Of a stretch of DNA of 64,000 nucleotides, positions 8,456 through 18,264 are shown piece by piece. The notes below the pieces were generated by a model. It did no database searches. It worked only from the letters and a program-made list of their open reading frames with translations, and was not told where the DNA came from. Numbering within the stretch: position 1 is the first letter of the stretch; each line of letters begins with the position of its first letter. The DNA lies in the IMG/VR virus record IMGVR_UViG_3300046663_000194. One strand, given 5' to 3'. A program made the position numbers and the translations under genes. This DNA comes from an uncultured virus (IMG/VR IMGVR_UViG_3300046663_000194). Lineage: Duplodnaviria > Heunggongvirae > Uroviricota > Caudoviricetes.

Positions 8456-8941
8456 CTAAACCCAAAACGCCCAAGCTGATGCGGTAGACATGGGCGTAAA
8501 AACATAACAAAAACCATTGAGGTTTATCACAATAGAGGTTGAATTCGTGATCGCTCCGGCATGAGATTGGCCGATCAGCTTTTCAGAAGCAGATGCGGTT
8601 TTTATAGTGACGTTGCTCAACCCTGAGTTTATGGATGAGTCCGCGATTACTAATTTTTGCCCGCTAGGAAAGTTGGCTACGGACGGCAAGGTCGCTACGC
8701 GAGAATTGCTATTGCCCAACTCTACTACGGCATCAGTATTATTTACGGTGACTGCGGTCGAAAACGAAAGATTCGTCGTCGCCAGCGCGCTAAACCACCC
8801 GCCTGCGGTCACGCCATCAGCAACCGAAAAACGCATATAGGTCATATCCGCGCACACTTCGCCGGTCGAACCAACAAAGGCATTCAACTGCACGAAAGTC
8901 GTTCGTCTGCGCTGATGTTGAACACCGGAGATTTCAGCCAT
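8456..8941 (-). CDS. tail fibre/adhesin with Mtd-like N-terminal domain (paralog 2)
   Basis: QHQRRR...GEVCAD...ADGVTAGGW. Confidence 0.8.
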   Translation of the reverse strand: MAEISGVQHQRRRTTFVQLNAFVGSTGEVCADMTYMRFSVADGVTAGGWFSALATTNLSFSTAVTVNNTDAVVELGNSNSRVATLPSVANFPSGQKLVIADSSINSGLSNVTIKTASASEKLIGQSHAGAITNSTSIVINLNGFCYVFTPMSTASAWAFWV

Positions 8942-8950
8942 GATTCTCTC

Positions 8951-9415
8951 TCATGTCGAATAGGCAATGTAGCCGGTTGAGCCGTTCGTTATCAGACCTC
9001 TACCCGTTCCGCCCGCTGAAAAAGAGATGCTCGTGGAAGCGTTAATGGTATCAGTTGAGGATGCGGCAGCAATGACGATTGTGCCAGCAACCGTAGTGCC
9101 ATTCTGAATGCGAAGCTCCTGACCAATCGGATATGCATTTGCGGCTGGCAAAGTAACAGTGTGCGTAATGGCGGTCATCGTGGTGAAAACAATAACCACG
9201 TCAGTGACAAGTGCCGTGTAAGTAGCGGCGTCTTGGAGAGTTTTAAGCTGCGCCCGCCCGACAGGGAATCCGCCAGCCGTATCTCCGTCGCCAACCACCT
9301 CGCGGTAGCTCGTCATATCGGCAACGACCTCACCCTGCGCTGGCGTGAACGCGGCGACCTGGGCGGCAGTGCCGCGCCTCGCCTGGAAAATAAACGGAAC
9401 CTTGTTGGTCGTCAT
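8951..9415 (-). CDS. tail fibre/adhesin with Mtd-like N-terminal domain (paralog 1)
   Basis: QARRGTAAQ...GEVVAD...GDGDTAGGFP. Confidence 0.8.
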   Translation of the reverse strand: MTTNKVPFIFQARRGTAAQVAAFTPAQGEVVADMTSYREVVGDGDTAGGFPVGRAQLKTLQDAATYTALVTDVVIVFTTMTAITHTVTLPAANAYPIGQELRIQNGTTVAGTIVIAAASSTDTINASTSISFSAGGTGRGLITNGSTGYIAYST

Positions 9416-9416
9416 T

Positions 9417-12400
9417 TTATGGATAATCCTGTGACTGATTAGTGCTCGTCATTCCGCCGAAGCAGTTATAATTATTGTTCTCGCCAGAAATGTCCGAGCC
9501 TAAAAGCAAATTACCAGTCGAGTTTGTAAGCGCATTGAAGAAGGTCAACTGAGCATCAATTTGACCAATAAATCCCTGACCTGAAGAACCTGTAAATTGG
9601 ACTGGGAATCCGGGCGTGCCACTCATAAACATGGTCGAAGTCAACTGCGCGGTGCCTATTACGCTTGAACCAACGATAGATTTATAATCGTCGATGTAAT
9701 AGTACACCGCTATCTGACCAGAAAAATAATTGAAGGTCGAGGCGATGCCGGGGCCACCCAACGTTATTGCACCGGACAGTCCCCCAAGGGTTGATCTGCT
9801 GCCGCCAGTTGACCAGTCAAGAGCAACGCCAGTAAGCGTTGACGGCATTATAGACGCGGAATTGCTCAACGTGACGCCATCTTGAATCAGTCTGATCTTA
9901 TCGGAAGAAGTCGGATTGAACGTGCTTGTATTCATCGTCCACAAGACTTGATGCCAAGAGGACGTATCAGCAATCGCAATCGTGCTGGTGATGTGCGCTA
10001 TCGTCGTGCCGCCAACCATCCATTGAAAATGCAGAAAATTGGACGCATCGAATCTAATGACAACATAGGTGGCCGTGCTGACATAACTTCCCCACAACAT
10101 CTCACTATCGCCGAGCGCGGATCGCTTGAACCAGAGTGATGCCCCTTCGTGAAGAACGCCTTGTTGAGCACTGACGCCGCCACTAGTCGGCACCGTAAAG
10201 CTTAAATATTGACTGCTGGCCTGCACGAACGACAGGCTAAATGATGACACAAGTTGTTGCATATCCACGGCTTGCGGGAAGTAGTAGGCGGTCGCCCCGG
10301 AGACTGTCGCCACGATGAACCCATAATCCTCAAACACGTTTGCGATTGTTGTTACGCTGCCGAGGTCTTGATAGACGCCGACGTTGATCGCTTGCGCTAG
10401 CGGGTGAACCATGCCTAGCCCACCGGGGATGAATTGATAAGCTGTCGCGGTACTCAAATCTTGAAGACCGTCGCCGTAGAGATTGAAGGATTGCAGTTTC
10501 ACGAAAACGGTCTGATTGATATATTGCGGAGGCAGCACATACTTGAAAATCGCGTTATCTAATCTCGTAAAGTTCGCGCCAGTTAAATGTCCGTTTGGCA
10601 ACGTGCCGTACAGCCCGCGATAGAGCACCGTCAGATTGTACATATTCGCGGCGGTAAGCGTGGCCGTTTGAAACGATAACAATTCGCTATCGACCAAACA
10701 AAGAGTATGACCTAGCGCGGCGTCAAGCGCCGAGCCGCTCTGAAGCGTTCCAAGACTCGTCGTAAGATCGACCGACAACGTATCTGTGTTGTCTGGATTG
10801 CTGCCGGTATAGTTTGAGCATCCCACCGTCAGCGTTCCCTGCCGCGCAGCACCGATGATTTGTCCGACCAGAGTATAATTAGTGTTGTCGAGACTCAGCC
10901 AAACGTTTGCCCCGCCCCACGTCACATCAGTGGATGAAGCGCCAATCCAAATCTGCGGCGGGCCGCCCTGCGCAAATACTGCGGAAGGCGGCTCGATAAT
11001 GATTGGCGTATTAACATTGCCAGCGACAGTGGCAGGGTTTGAGTTATAGGGAACATGGGTACTGAAATTATAGAGCGGTGCCGACCCGGTTCCGGACAAG
11101 ACTTCTTCCGCCGTGAAAGAGAACGTACCATCGTCGTTCTCCTGAATCCCGGTAATCCTGACAAGTTGGTTGCTCAGTCCTAGATTTGTGTCTGTCAGGG
11201 ACACAATATCCATAGGGTCGAGCAGGACGTATCGCGCATCCAAATCGAATTGATAGGTGTTGGAAACCCTCTGACGTCGAAGTTGAAGTCGAGTTGAAAG
11301 ATTTGCTGCTGTTCCGTCACAGAACAAGTGAAACTGTTGTGATCCATTGGTGCGCGTCCCGTAGAGGTCAATCAGGGCTTGGTCGTTGGCGTAGGCAATG
11401 GCAGGCGCGTAATTCGCAGCGCGGTTAAGATACTCGACCTTAATGCTATTGATCTTGTCGCTAGGCCGTTTGCGAATCATCACCACCGGCCCCGACGCCC
11501 CGCCGAGACTTCCCGCCGATTGCGGGCTTGGCAAAAAATCATTATCACCGAGCGCGTATATCGGCGTCAGACTTGGCGTAAAAGTCTTGCCGTTCCCCGA
11601 TATAGTCGTGTCGCCATAGGACACCATTGTCAGTACGCCGCTCGACCAGACCGGCGCGCTGTTAGTTGCCATAGCTAATTCCGTGATGATGTCGGCCCCG
11701 GTGCGCTGCGTATCGTAGGCGGGCGACACTAGAAGCCCGGTAGCAAAGCAATAATTCTGCCATGCCGACAGGTCGCCAATACGCGCAGACGGGAAGCCAA
11801 GACCGTAATGAGTATTTGTTAGAATGTCTGTCAGGATTTGGGACGGATCAGCATCGAAGACGGCGGTGCTACCGACCGAAGTGCTGAGGATTCCTTTGAC
11901 CTCGAATTGAAGGTTGGGGATCGACGTGTTGTTGCCAAGATTAAAGCTTGCATCAGCCACGTAGGCAATTCCGTTGTAGCCAAGCGGGGCGGCGGTGCCG
12001 CTAATAGTGCTACCGGACGCGTCTTTGTATTTCCACGAAACGCTCGTGCCCCACGCCGACTGCGGATAGGTGCCGGTAAATAGCGTGAAGCCTTCCTGCG
12101 CGAGCGTCTTTAGTTTTTTATCTTTCCAAACCGTGCCGATACCGTTGATCGGTCCTTCGCCGAGCGCAAAAGCAAACGCCGCGCTGTAATTGTACGACTG
12201 ACTTCCAGCGTTCGATGGCGAGAACAATCCGCCCTTGCCGCTGCCTTGCCCTTGATTAACTAGAGCCGCATTAAAATTACCGTAGAGAAGCATGTTTCCC
12301 GACACGCGCGTGGTGCCGTAGATAATGGCGACGGGCTTGCCGTAGACGCTGGTTTGCAGCGTTATGCCAGCCGCCCGCGTCGGAACCTTGTTGTTTGATT

Positions 12401-12419
12401 TGAACAGCCAGCCCATCAC
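9417..12419 (-). CDS. tail tip / host-specificity protein (GTA megatron-like) with C-terminal LamG-like domain
   Basis: YGKPVAIIYGTTRVSGN, IPNLQFEV, RGLYGT motifs; C-terminal SLWFKRS..DTSSWHQV. Confidence 0.9.
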   Translation of the reverse strand: MMGWLFKSNNKVPTRAAGITLQTSVYGKPVAIIYGTTRVSGNMLLYGNFNAALVNQGQGSGKGGLFSPSNAGSQSYNYSAAFAFALGEGPINGIGTVWKDKKLKTLAQEGFTLFTGTYPQSAWGTSVSWKYKDASGSTISGTAAPLGYNGIAYVADASFNLGNNTSIPNLQFEVKGILSTSVGSTAVFDADPSQILTDILTNTHYGLGFPSARIGDLSAWQNYCFATGLLVSPAYDTQRTGADIITELAMATNSAPVWSSGVLTMVSYGDTTISGNGKTFTPSLTPIYALGDNDFLPSPQSAGSLGGASGPVVMIRKRPSDKINSIKVEYLNRAANYAPAIAYANDQALIDLYGTRTNGSQQFHLFCDGTAANLSTRLQLRRQRVSNTYQFDLDARYVLLDPMDIVSLTDTNLGLSNQLVRITGIQENDDGTFSFTAEEVLSGTGSAPLYNFSTHVPYNSNPATVAGNVNTPIIIEPPSAVFAQGGPPQIWIGASSTDVTWGGANVWLSLDNTNYTLVGQIIGAARQGTLTVGCSNYTGSNPDNTDTLSVDLTTSLGTLQSGSALDAALGHTLCLVDSELLSFQTATLTAANMYNLTVLYRGLYGTLPNGHLTGANFTRLDNAIFKYVLPPQYINQTVFVKLQSFNLYGDGLQDLSTATAYQFIPGGLGMVHPLAQAINVGVYQDLGSVTTIANVFEDYGFIVATVSGATAYYFPQAVDMQQLVSSFSLSFVQASSQYLSFTVPTSGGVSAQQGVLHEGASLWFKRSALGDSEMLWGSYVSTATYVVIRFDASNFLHFQWMVGGTTIAHITSTIAIADTSSWHQVLWTMNTSTFNPTSSDKIRLIQDGVTLSNSASIMPSTLTGVALDWSTGGSRSTLGGLSGAITLGGPGIASTFNYFSGQIAVYYYIDDYKSIVGSSVIGTAQLTSTMFMSGTPGFPVQFTGSSGQGFIGQIDAQLTFFNALTNSTGNLLLGSDISGENNNYNCFGGMTSTNQSQDYP

Positions 12420-12874
12420 CGTCCCCAGAACGAAAACAGCTTCATTGGCCTTGGCGTGTTCTCATCGAATTTGAGCCACATGGTCTTCTCAACATCATCC
12501 GTCGCAACCTTGCGATTCATGACGGCATGAACAACCTGCGGCCACTCTACCACTATGGCGGCGTGAGAGTAGGTTCTGCCAATCTTCCAGATAGCGATGT
12601 CGCCGGTTATGGCGGGCGACTCTATCTCCCTGCAGTGCTGATTTAGAATCTCTAGGTAAAGCTCCTCGCTGCGGTGGAGCATCCATTGCGGCGAATATTC
12701 CGGTAGCTTGATTTCATCAATTAGCCCCGCCTCATGCCCTGCAACTACGAGCAGCGTTGCGCAATCGACGCCTACGCCTTTGATACGGCCAGCATGATGA
12801 TAGGGCGTGCCGAGGAAGGACAGCGCCGCCCCCACAAATCGACCGCGTTCATAAGACTCCTGCGCGCTGGTCAT
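12416..12874 (-). CDS. tail-associated NlpC/P60 peptidase
   Basis: GTPYHHAGRIKGVGVDC, HAAIV; ATG at 12874 overlaps upstream TGA. Confidence 0.92.
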   Translation of the reverse strand: MTSAQESYERGRFVGAALSFLGTPYHHAGRIKGVGVDCATLLVVAGHEAGLIDEIKLPEYSPQWMLHRSEELYLEILNQHCREIESPAITGDIAIWKIGRTYSHAAIVVEWPQVVHAVMNRKVATDDVEKTMWLKFDENTPRPMKLFSFWGR

Positions 12875-13755
12875 ATCGCCTGCCCCGGATCGGGGATATA
12901 CGGCATGCCACGAAAGTTGGCGATGTTGCTGAACTTGGAGCATCCACCGCTCCCCGTCGAAAGATCGCAGCCGGGATTGACAGTAATCTGGTCGCTCGCA
13001 ACCGGCGCGTAAGGAGTCGGAGCTACTAGCGTCAACGTGTTCGTTCCCAGATTCCATGAACTAATCGCAAACATCAGCCCATTGTTTTGACCGCTGGTAA
13101 ATAAAAGCTTGCCGTTGTCGAAGTAGCCCGACGCCTGCGCTAGCGTGCTGGTGACGATGAAGGTATTGCTCGACCCGGCCGCAACCGTGGCGGTGGATTG
13201 GAAATTGGAACTGATGAGAGTGCAACTGGCGTCATAGAGGTTGTTCTGACAGTTGGCCGCATAGAGCCAGCGCGGCATCTGCTGATTGAGTAATTCCCTA
13301 TAATCGTTGATCGAGAATGTAATAATGGCGCGGTCAGCGTTTACCTCAGCCACGCGACCCTTAAACAGCATCGGTGCGCACCCGCTCTGCACCACATAGG
13401 CGGCGGTCGAATAGGCGCGATCAAGCTCAAAGTCTGCGCCGTCAAACAGACCAAGCCGAACTGCATTCCACCAACTAAAAGTGCTGACGAGTGCGCTACC
13501 CGGCAATACGTCAATGACCAGCGTGTCGGTGCCAACGCCGAGATTCCAAACTACTTTTGCCCGGTTGTCCTTGCGGTCGAAATAAGGGCCGGTCAAACCG
13601 CCAGCCGAGAACGTGCTTCCGCCGAAAACGATGTTTTGTTGTCCGGAACAAAAGCGCAGCGTGCTGCCGTTTTGCAGCGTGAAGGTAATCAGATCGGCGT
13701 TGAAGAACTGCCGCCCTGCCAGAATGGCGTTAAGTGTCGCATTGGTGGGCTTCAT
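12871..13755 (-). CDS. baseplate hub protein (DUF2163/BR0599-like)
   Basis: C..LYD..C and PGCD...C..FSNIANFRGMPYIP motifs. Confidence 0.92.
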   Translation of the reverse strand: MKPTNATLNAILAGRQFFNADLITFTLQNGSTLRFCSGQQNIVFGGSTFSAGGLTGPYFDRKDNRAKVVWNLGVGTDTLVIDVLPGSALVSTFSWWNAVRLGLFDGADFELDRAYSTAAYVVQSGCAPMLFKGRVAEVNADRAIITFSINDYRELLNQQMPRWLYAANCQNNLYDASCTLISSNFQSTATVAAGSSNTFIVTSTLAQASGYFDNGKLLFTSGQNNGLMFAISSWNLGTNTLTLVAPTPYAPVASDQITVNPGCDLSTGSGGCSKFSNIANFRGMPYIPDPGQAI

Positions 13756-14396
13756 TAGATCACCGATGTGAACGACATCTTCTTGATTTCATACCAGCCG
13801 AAGCCGAAGCGGTCTAATTGCAGGTCGTCACTGTCCCAACGGACAGGCCAATAATAGGAGAACGTAGTGACCAATGACGCGCTGCTTCCTGGGCTGAATG
13901 TGCTTGGCAAAATAGTTCCTGGCGCGCTCGACCCCCAATAGTTGACCGTGACGCCGATAGTGCTAGCAGAACTTTGTCCGCTGCTGTTTACGGCGAACAC
14001 CAGAAGCGCGGCGGTCGAGGGCGCGTATATAGGATCGTATGTCGTGGAATTACCGACCGCCCGCTGCAACTGAAAGACAGATGGCGCTGACGAAACAAAC
14101 GAAAGCGTGCTTAACGCCGTGACGTTATCTTCAGGGTCGAGCCATTGGAAGGTGTCGAAGCTGCCGCCGACTGTATTGAACAGAGCAGCAAAGTTGCTGA
14201 ACTCCAATGATGTGCTCACGCTCGCACGTAGGAAGTTGAACTTCATGTCCCACGTATAGCGCGCGATGGTGCGAAGACTTACGCGAGTCTCCTTGCCAGA
14301 TACGTTCTCCTGCGTCCTCGTTAGAAACGTCGCCTTGCGATTGATGGCGATGTCTATTCCAATGAAGGTAGTGCTGGTCAGCACTTGTGTAGACAT
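13755..14396 (-). CDS. distal tail protein (DUF2460-like)
   Basis: SGKETR, F.WLDPED, YYWPVRWDSD. Confidence 0.88.
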   Translation of the reverse strand: MSTQVLTSTTFIGIDIAINRKATFLTRTQENVSGKETRVSLRTIARYTWDMKFNFLRASVSTSLEFSNFAALFNTVGGSFDTFQWLDPEDNVTALSTLSFVSSAPSVFQLQRAVGNSTTYDPIYAPSTAALLVFAVNSSGQSSASTIGVTVNYWGSSAPGTILPSTFSPGSSASLVTTFSYYWPVRWDSDDLQLDRFGFGWYEIKKMSFTSVI

Positions 14397-16252
14397 CAGA
14401 CCGACCCCACCAAGCGCGAGACATTGGACGGGTTGTTACGAGCAAGCAGATTAAGCATTTGCTGCATGAAAGCGCGATTGTTGAAGAACATATTAGCGAC
14501 CGATCTGCCGTCCATCGCGCTAACGTTTAGAGACAGGCTTTGATTTCCGAAGTTGGTTGTGTTCTGTGCCGCTGGTACGACGCGCTCGCCCTGGTGCAGC
14601 ATCGCGAGCATGTCTTGAGGCACGTAATCGGTGCCAACCGCAAACTTGGGGACGTTTACTAATTGCGCTTCAACAGCCGCTTGTGCTGCTGCCGCAGGAC
14701 CGGCTGCCGCAGGACCGAGTTCGGGGGCCATATTGGCAAACACGCCGCCGAAGACCAGTGCGGCGTCCGCGTTCAATCTCGACACAAACGACGCCGCCGC
14801 TGCCGCCGCCATCCCCTTTCCAGCCGTTGCCATGAAAACCATATTAACGGCCCACTCGACTCCGAGCTTGACGATTTCTGAAATCATACTCTCGATCAGA
14901 CTCACCGCGATATTCTTCATCGCTTGCGCCCAAGTAGTCGTCCCCGACAATAGGCCGTGAAGCTGAGAGTTGAACGCGCCAGCGATGGTGTCCGCCGCCT
15001 GCGTCCATATTTTCTGTTCGGCCTCTAGCTCTCTGGTAACAAGCTTTGTTCTATCCTCAGTCGCCTTGGCTTTTATCAACGTGATTTGATCTTCATATTT
15101 TTTATACTCAAGCGGGTTTGACTTGTTGGCATCACGCGCCTTTGCCAACGCCGCCACTTCCATGTCCTCGCGTTTTTGTAATTCGGTCAGTAGTATGTCG
15201 GTCTTCTGTTTCTCTGACATGCCGAACAAAGTGGCTGCACTGTTTATTAGAGTTTCTTCTGTTTTGTAGGCTGCCTGTATTCGTTTGACCCAATTTTCCG
15301 CTTCCGCGCCTATCAGCTTTCCAGACTGATCGCCAAGACCGAGATTGAGCGGCTTAACTGTTATTGTCTGAAGCTTGACGGCTGCCTGATACAGATCGTC
15401 GGCCTGCTTCATGATCGCATTTAATTTGTCCGACGCCGCTTCCTCAGTCATACCCTTAAGCAAAACCTGAATCGAATACTGAAGCGCTCTTACTGCGTAC
15501 TCACCAAGCAGACCAGCACTCGCGAGCTTGGCGATTGCGCCAGCCGACTTACCTATCGCCTCGACAAGTTCGCCAAACGGAGTCGCTATCAAATCCAAAA
15601 GGGCAGCGCCCATATTAGTGATCGCCGCCTTCGCCATCGTCATCTTCTGCTCTAGTTCGGCCAGCGACTTAACGATCTTGTCTTCTATGACCGTGCCGGT
15701 GTTGATCATGCTTTGACGCCATTCGTCCATACCTTCCCGGCCGCGCTGCAACTGAGGCATCAAGCCAGCCGCGCCGCGCCCCGCAATCAATAGAACAGCA
15801 TTGAGCGGATTTAACCCCTGATCTGTTAGCCGTTTGACAGCGTCGGCAAGCTTATTCATTTGCTCGTCCGGGGCGGAACTGACGAACTGCTGAACATCTA
15901 TGTTCATCGCCCGCAACGCCTTGCCCTGCGCCGAAGTAGCAAGCTCGCCGCGTTGCGCGGATAATTGCATGCGCTCTAGAGAAGTCGTCATCTGCTCTGC
16001 GCTGCCGCCAGTCAGCCGAGCCATCAATCCAAGTTCTTGAAATGATGCGGTCGAGATGCCGAGAATTGCCGATGAGCGTTCGATCTGTTCGGCAAGCTCG
16101 CCCATCTTATCAATGAACAGAGCAAGGCCGCCCGCAGCGACGACTTCGGTAATCGCAGATTTGAACGACGCGAAACTTTGCTGCGCCTTCGCTATCGAGC
16201 TATTAAGCTGATCTAGCGCAACACCTACGGTAATTTGGACATCATCAGCCAT
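14396..16252 (-). CDS. tape measure protein
   Basis: 618 aa helical Ala-rich; C-terminal FAVGTDYVPQDMLAMLHQGERVVP. Confidence 0.93.
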   Translation of the reverse strand: MADDVQITVGVALDQLNSSIAKAQQSFASFKSAITEVVAAGGLALFIDKMGELAEQIERSSAILGISTASFQELGLMARLTGGSAEQMTTSLERMQLSAQRGELATSAQGKALRAMNIDVQQFVSSAPDEQMNKLADAVKRLTDQGLNPLNAVLLIAGRGAAGLMPQLQRGREGMDEWRQSMINTGTVIEDKIVKSLAELEQKMTMAKAAITNMGAALLDLIATPFGELVEAIGKSAGAIAKLASAGLLGEYAVRALQYSIQVLLKGMTEEAASDKLNAIMKQADDLYQAAVKLQTITVKPLNLGLGDQSGKLIGAEAENWVKRIQAAYKTEETLINSAATLFGMSEKQKTDILLTELQKREDMEVAALAKARDANKSNPLEYKKYEDQITLIKAKATEDRTKLVTRELEAEQKIWTQAADTIAGAFNSQLHGLLSGTTTWAQAMKNIAVSLIESMISEIVKLGVEWAVNMVFMATAGKGMAAAAAASFVSRLNADAALVFGGVFANMAPELGPAAAGPAAAAQAAVEAQLVNVPKFAVGTDYVPQDMLAMLHQGERVVPAAQNTTNFGNQSLSLNVSAMDGRSVANMFFNNRAFMQQMLNLLARNNPSNVSRLVGSV

Positions 16253-16582
16253 TTACGATCCCATCGGTCCCACGCCAGGAACGCGCCCGCCCGTCGCCTG
16301 CACCAGCGCGGCGAACTGCCCCGCCGTCATGTAGCTAGGCTTATCAGACTTTGTTTCTAATTCTGGAAGCTTGACACCGAGCGCGGCGGCGCAAAGTCCG
16401 ACTAGCGCCCGAAGCGAGGGGTGAGTTTTAGCATAATGAAATATACGGCGGACATCATGTAGGGTCATGTTGTCGATTTCTTCGAGCGAGCACCCTGCAT
16501 CGAATTTTAGCCAGCCGTAAAGATCACTCCAATAGTCCTCGTCTAACTTCCGGCCGGTGCCGCCGTCTGAGGGCTTGTTTGC
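16253..16582 (-). CDS. tail assembly chaperone, downstream (T) frame, probably reached by -1 frameshift
   Basis: Frame stays open upstream of ATG 16468 (YWSDLYGWLKFDAGCSLEEIDNM) and overlaps the end of the upstream chaperone in its -1 frame. Confidence 0.65.
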   Translation of the reverse strand, partial: ANKPSDGGTGRKLDEDYWSDLYGWLKFDAGCSLEEIDNMTLHDVRRIFHYAKTHPSLRALVGLCAAALGVKLPELETKSDKPSYMTAGQFAALVQATGGRVPGVGPMGS

Positions 16583-16833
16583 TCAATGCCGGAAAGCTGA
16601 AGTATTGTTGCGGTCGCCTCGTTCAGTTCATTTATCGTCGGTTCGATTTCATCTATGTTGGGACACTTTGGATCGGATCGTTGCATGGCGAGGCCGATGA
16701 TTTTCATGCCGCTAACGATTGGCACCGTTCCGTTGCCGAGCATTTGTCCAACCTCCTGAAGCTCGCGCATATTGAAGGCATGAACTAGATACGGGACTCC
16801 TTCCAGCGTAATTGTTGCTGTTCGCTTCGCCAT
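16543..16833 (-). CDS. tail assembly chaperone (G-like)
   Basis: Lies between tail tube and tape measure genes; GAGGAGG RBS. Confidence 0.8.
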   Translation of the reverse strand: MAKRTATITLEGVPYLVHAFNMRELQEVGQMLGNGTVPIVSGMKIIGLAMQRSDPKCPNIDEIEPTINELNEATATILQLSGIEQTSPQTAAPAGS

Positions 16834-16859
16834 TTCTCCTCCTCTTAAAAGACGCCCGC

Positions 16860-17696
16860 TTACGAAATGCTTGGCAGGACGATGGTGTAAACCTGTCCTA
16901 CGTTGTTCGCGAAGATGTCGAAGTCAAATTCCGGCAACATGAAGTCCTCTAACTTGAAGGCCATCATGTGCTTGGCCGCGACGGCGGAGTAGACGCGCAC
17001 CCCAAACGGTTGTGCTGTCGGTTGGCTCAGCGCCGTGTAGTAGTCCAACTGGAATGTCGGCGTGAAGCCTATTGGCTGGTTAGTGACCGTCAGAGAGGTC
17101 TGGTTCAATGTGGACGAGGTAGTCGAGCCAGATTGCGTGTAGGTGATTTTGACTGGAACCGGAATGGCTGCGACGGTCGTTTCGGTAAACGAAAAATTGT
17201 AAAGACCGGGCGTCGTGCTGCCGATGCTATATTTGCCCAAGCCTTCGCTGCCGGTCGATACGCGCTGTAGCGGAAGTCCAGCGAAGCTCGATCCGCCTAC
17301 CGAGCTTGCATACGTCACGCCGAGGTCAGCATCGAAGGTCAAGGACGAACCGACCTGAAACTGCGTCGATGTCGTTGACAGGCTGAACGTCGAAGCGATG
17401 TTCCAGCTATACACGCCAATCCCGGCCGAAAAACTCGCGGTGCTAAAAGTGTTGCCGTAGAACGCGGCATTCATCGCGATTCCAGACACAACGGCTGATT
17501 TGAATTTACCCGCCGCTTTAATCGTCCCGCGCGCGGCAACCAGCGGATATTGGTTCTGCCCAAAAAGCTGTTTGGTGTTGCCGGTGAAGTCGAGACTGAA
17601 TTCGTTGACGAAGCCAACGTTGATCGCGGGGCCGAGGATGTCTGTGCGCGTCAGGACTAAAAGGCCGGGACCGAAAATTGCCGGGGCGACTGCCAT
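16860..17696 (-). CDS. major tail tube protein
   Basis: FGPG, KQLFGQNQYPLVAARG, FKLEDFMLPEFDF; position. Confidence 0.88.
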   Translation of the reverse strand: MAVAPAIFGPGLLVLTRTDILGPAINVGFVNEFSLDFTGNTKQLFGQNQYPLVAARGTIKAAGKFKSAVVSGIAMNAAFYGNTFSTASFSAGIGVYSWNIASTFSLSTTSTQFQVGSSLTFDADLGVTYASSVGGSSFAGLPLQRVSTGSEGLGKYSIGSTTPGLYNFSFTETTVAAIPVPVKITYTQSGSTTSSTLNQTSLTVTNQPIGFTPTFQLDYYTALSQPTAQPFGVRVYSAVAAKHMMAFKLEDFMLPEFDFDIFANNVGQVYTIVLPSIS

Positions 17697-17721
17697 GATG
17701 GCGACCTCTCCTTGAGGGGTT

Positions 17722-18264
17722 CTAGGGTATCTTTATCTCGACGGGCAGAGTCGCCATCCCTTGCCCTTCTTCGTCTATATCGGGTGAAACAAGGATACCC
17801 TCGCCCGATAACCGGCAATATGCCACTAATCCACCTAGGGTCAAAGTACCAGTTTCCGGGTTGTCAGGTATCTCCATTGCCGCCTCGACCGCCTGGATGA
17901 GCGGGTGCAGGATGCTCGCTTGGCTAGTGACAGTGTTCTGGACCGCCAAACCACCCGTAAACCCGCCAGGAAGGCCACCGGCTACGGGAGTCCTAGCGTA
18001 TAGGCAGATAGTGCGATGCATGATGCGAACCGCTGGCACGGCTCTGTGGCCGCGCTCGTAATGGATAGTGCCGCTGCCGCTCAAGAACACTCCATCGAAC
18101 AAAAACAGCGCGGGCTGCCGAATCACTGGCGCGCCGCCTACCGTCTTCGAGAGTTCCGGCCATAAGACGATTCCGCGCCGATAAGACAGGAACGTATTGC
18201 TGGCGATCTGGGCCTGAAGGTAGGCGAGCAGAGCGTCCATGACCTGTTCGTAGGTGGTCGCCAT
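17722..18264 (-). CDS. tail terminator / completion protein
   Basis: QPALF, TLGGLVAYCR motifs; position before tail tube. Confidence 0.75.
   Translation of the reverse strand: MATTYEQVMDALLAYLQAQIASNTFLSYRRGIVLWPELSKTVGGAPVIRQPALFLFDGVFLSGSGTIHYERGHRAVPAVRIMHRTICLYARTPVAGGLPGGFTGGLAVQNTVTSQASILHPLIQAVEAAMEIPDNPETGTLTLGGLVAYCRLSGEGILVSPDIDEEGQGMATLPVEIKIP

Noticed and set aside
7979..9415. Diversity-generating retroelement suggested by Mtd-like genes
   Set aside because: No reverse transcriptase, Avd or TR/VR pair seen in the window; only the Mtd N-terminal anchor is shared
12875..13057. N-terminal extension of the NlpC/P60 ORF
   Set aside because: Overlaps the hub gene; ATGA-coupled start at 12874 is more plausible
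9417..14396. Gene transfer agent
   Set aside because: Tail genes are GTA-like, but the element has its own replication, RusA, early genes and a non-GTA head module
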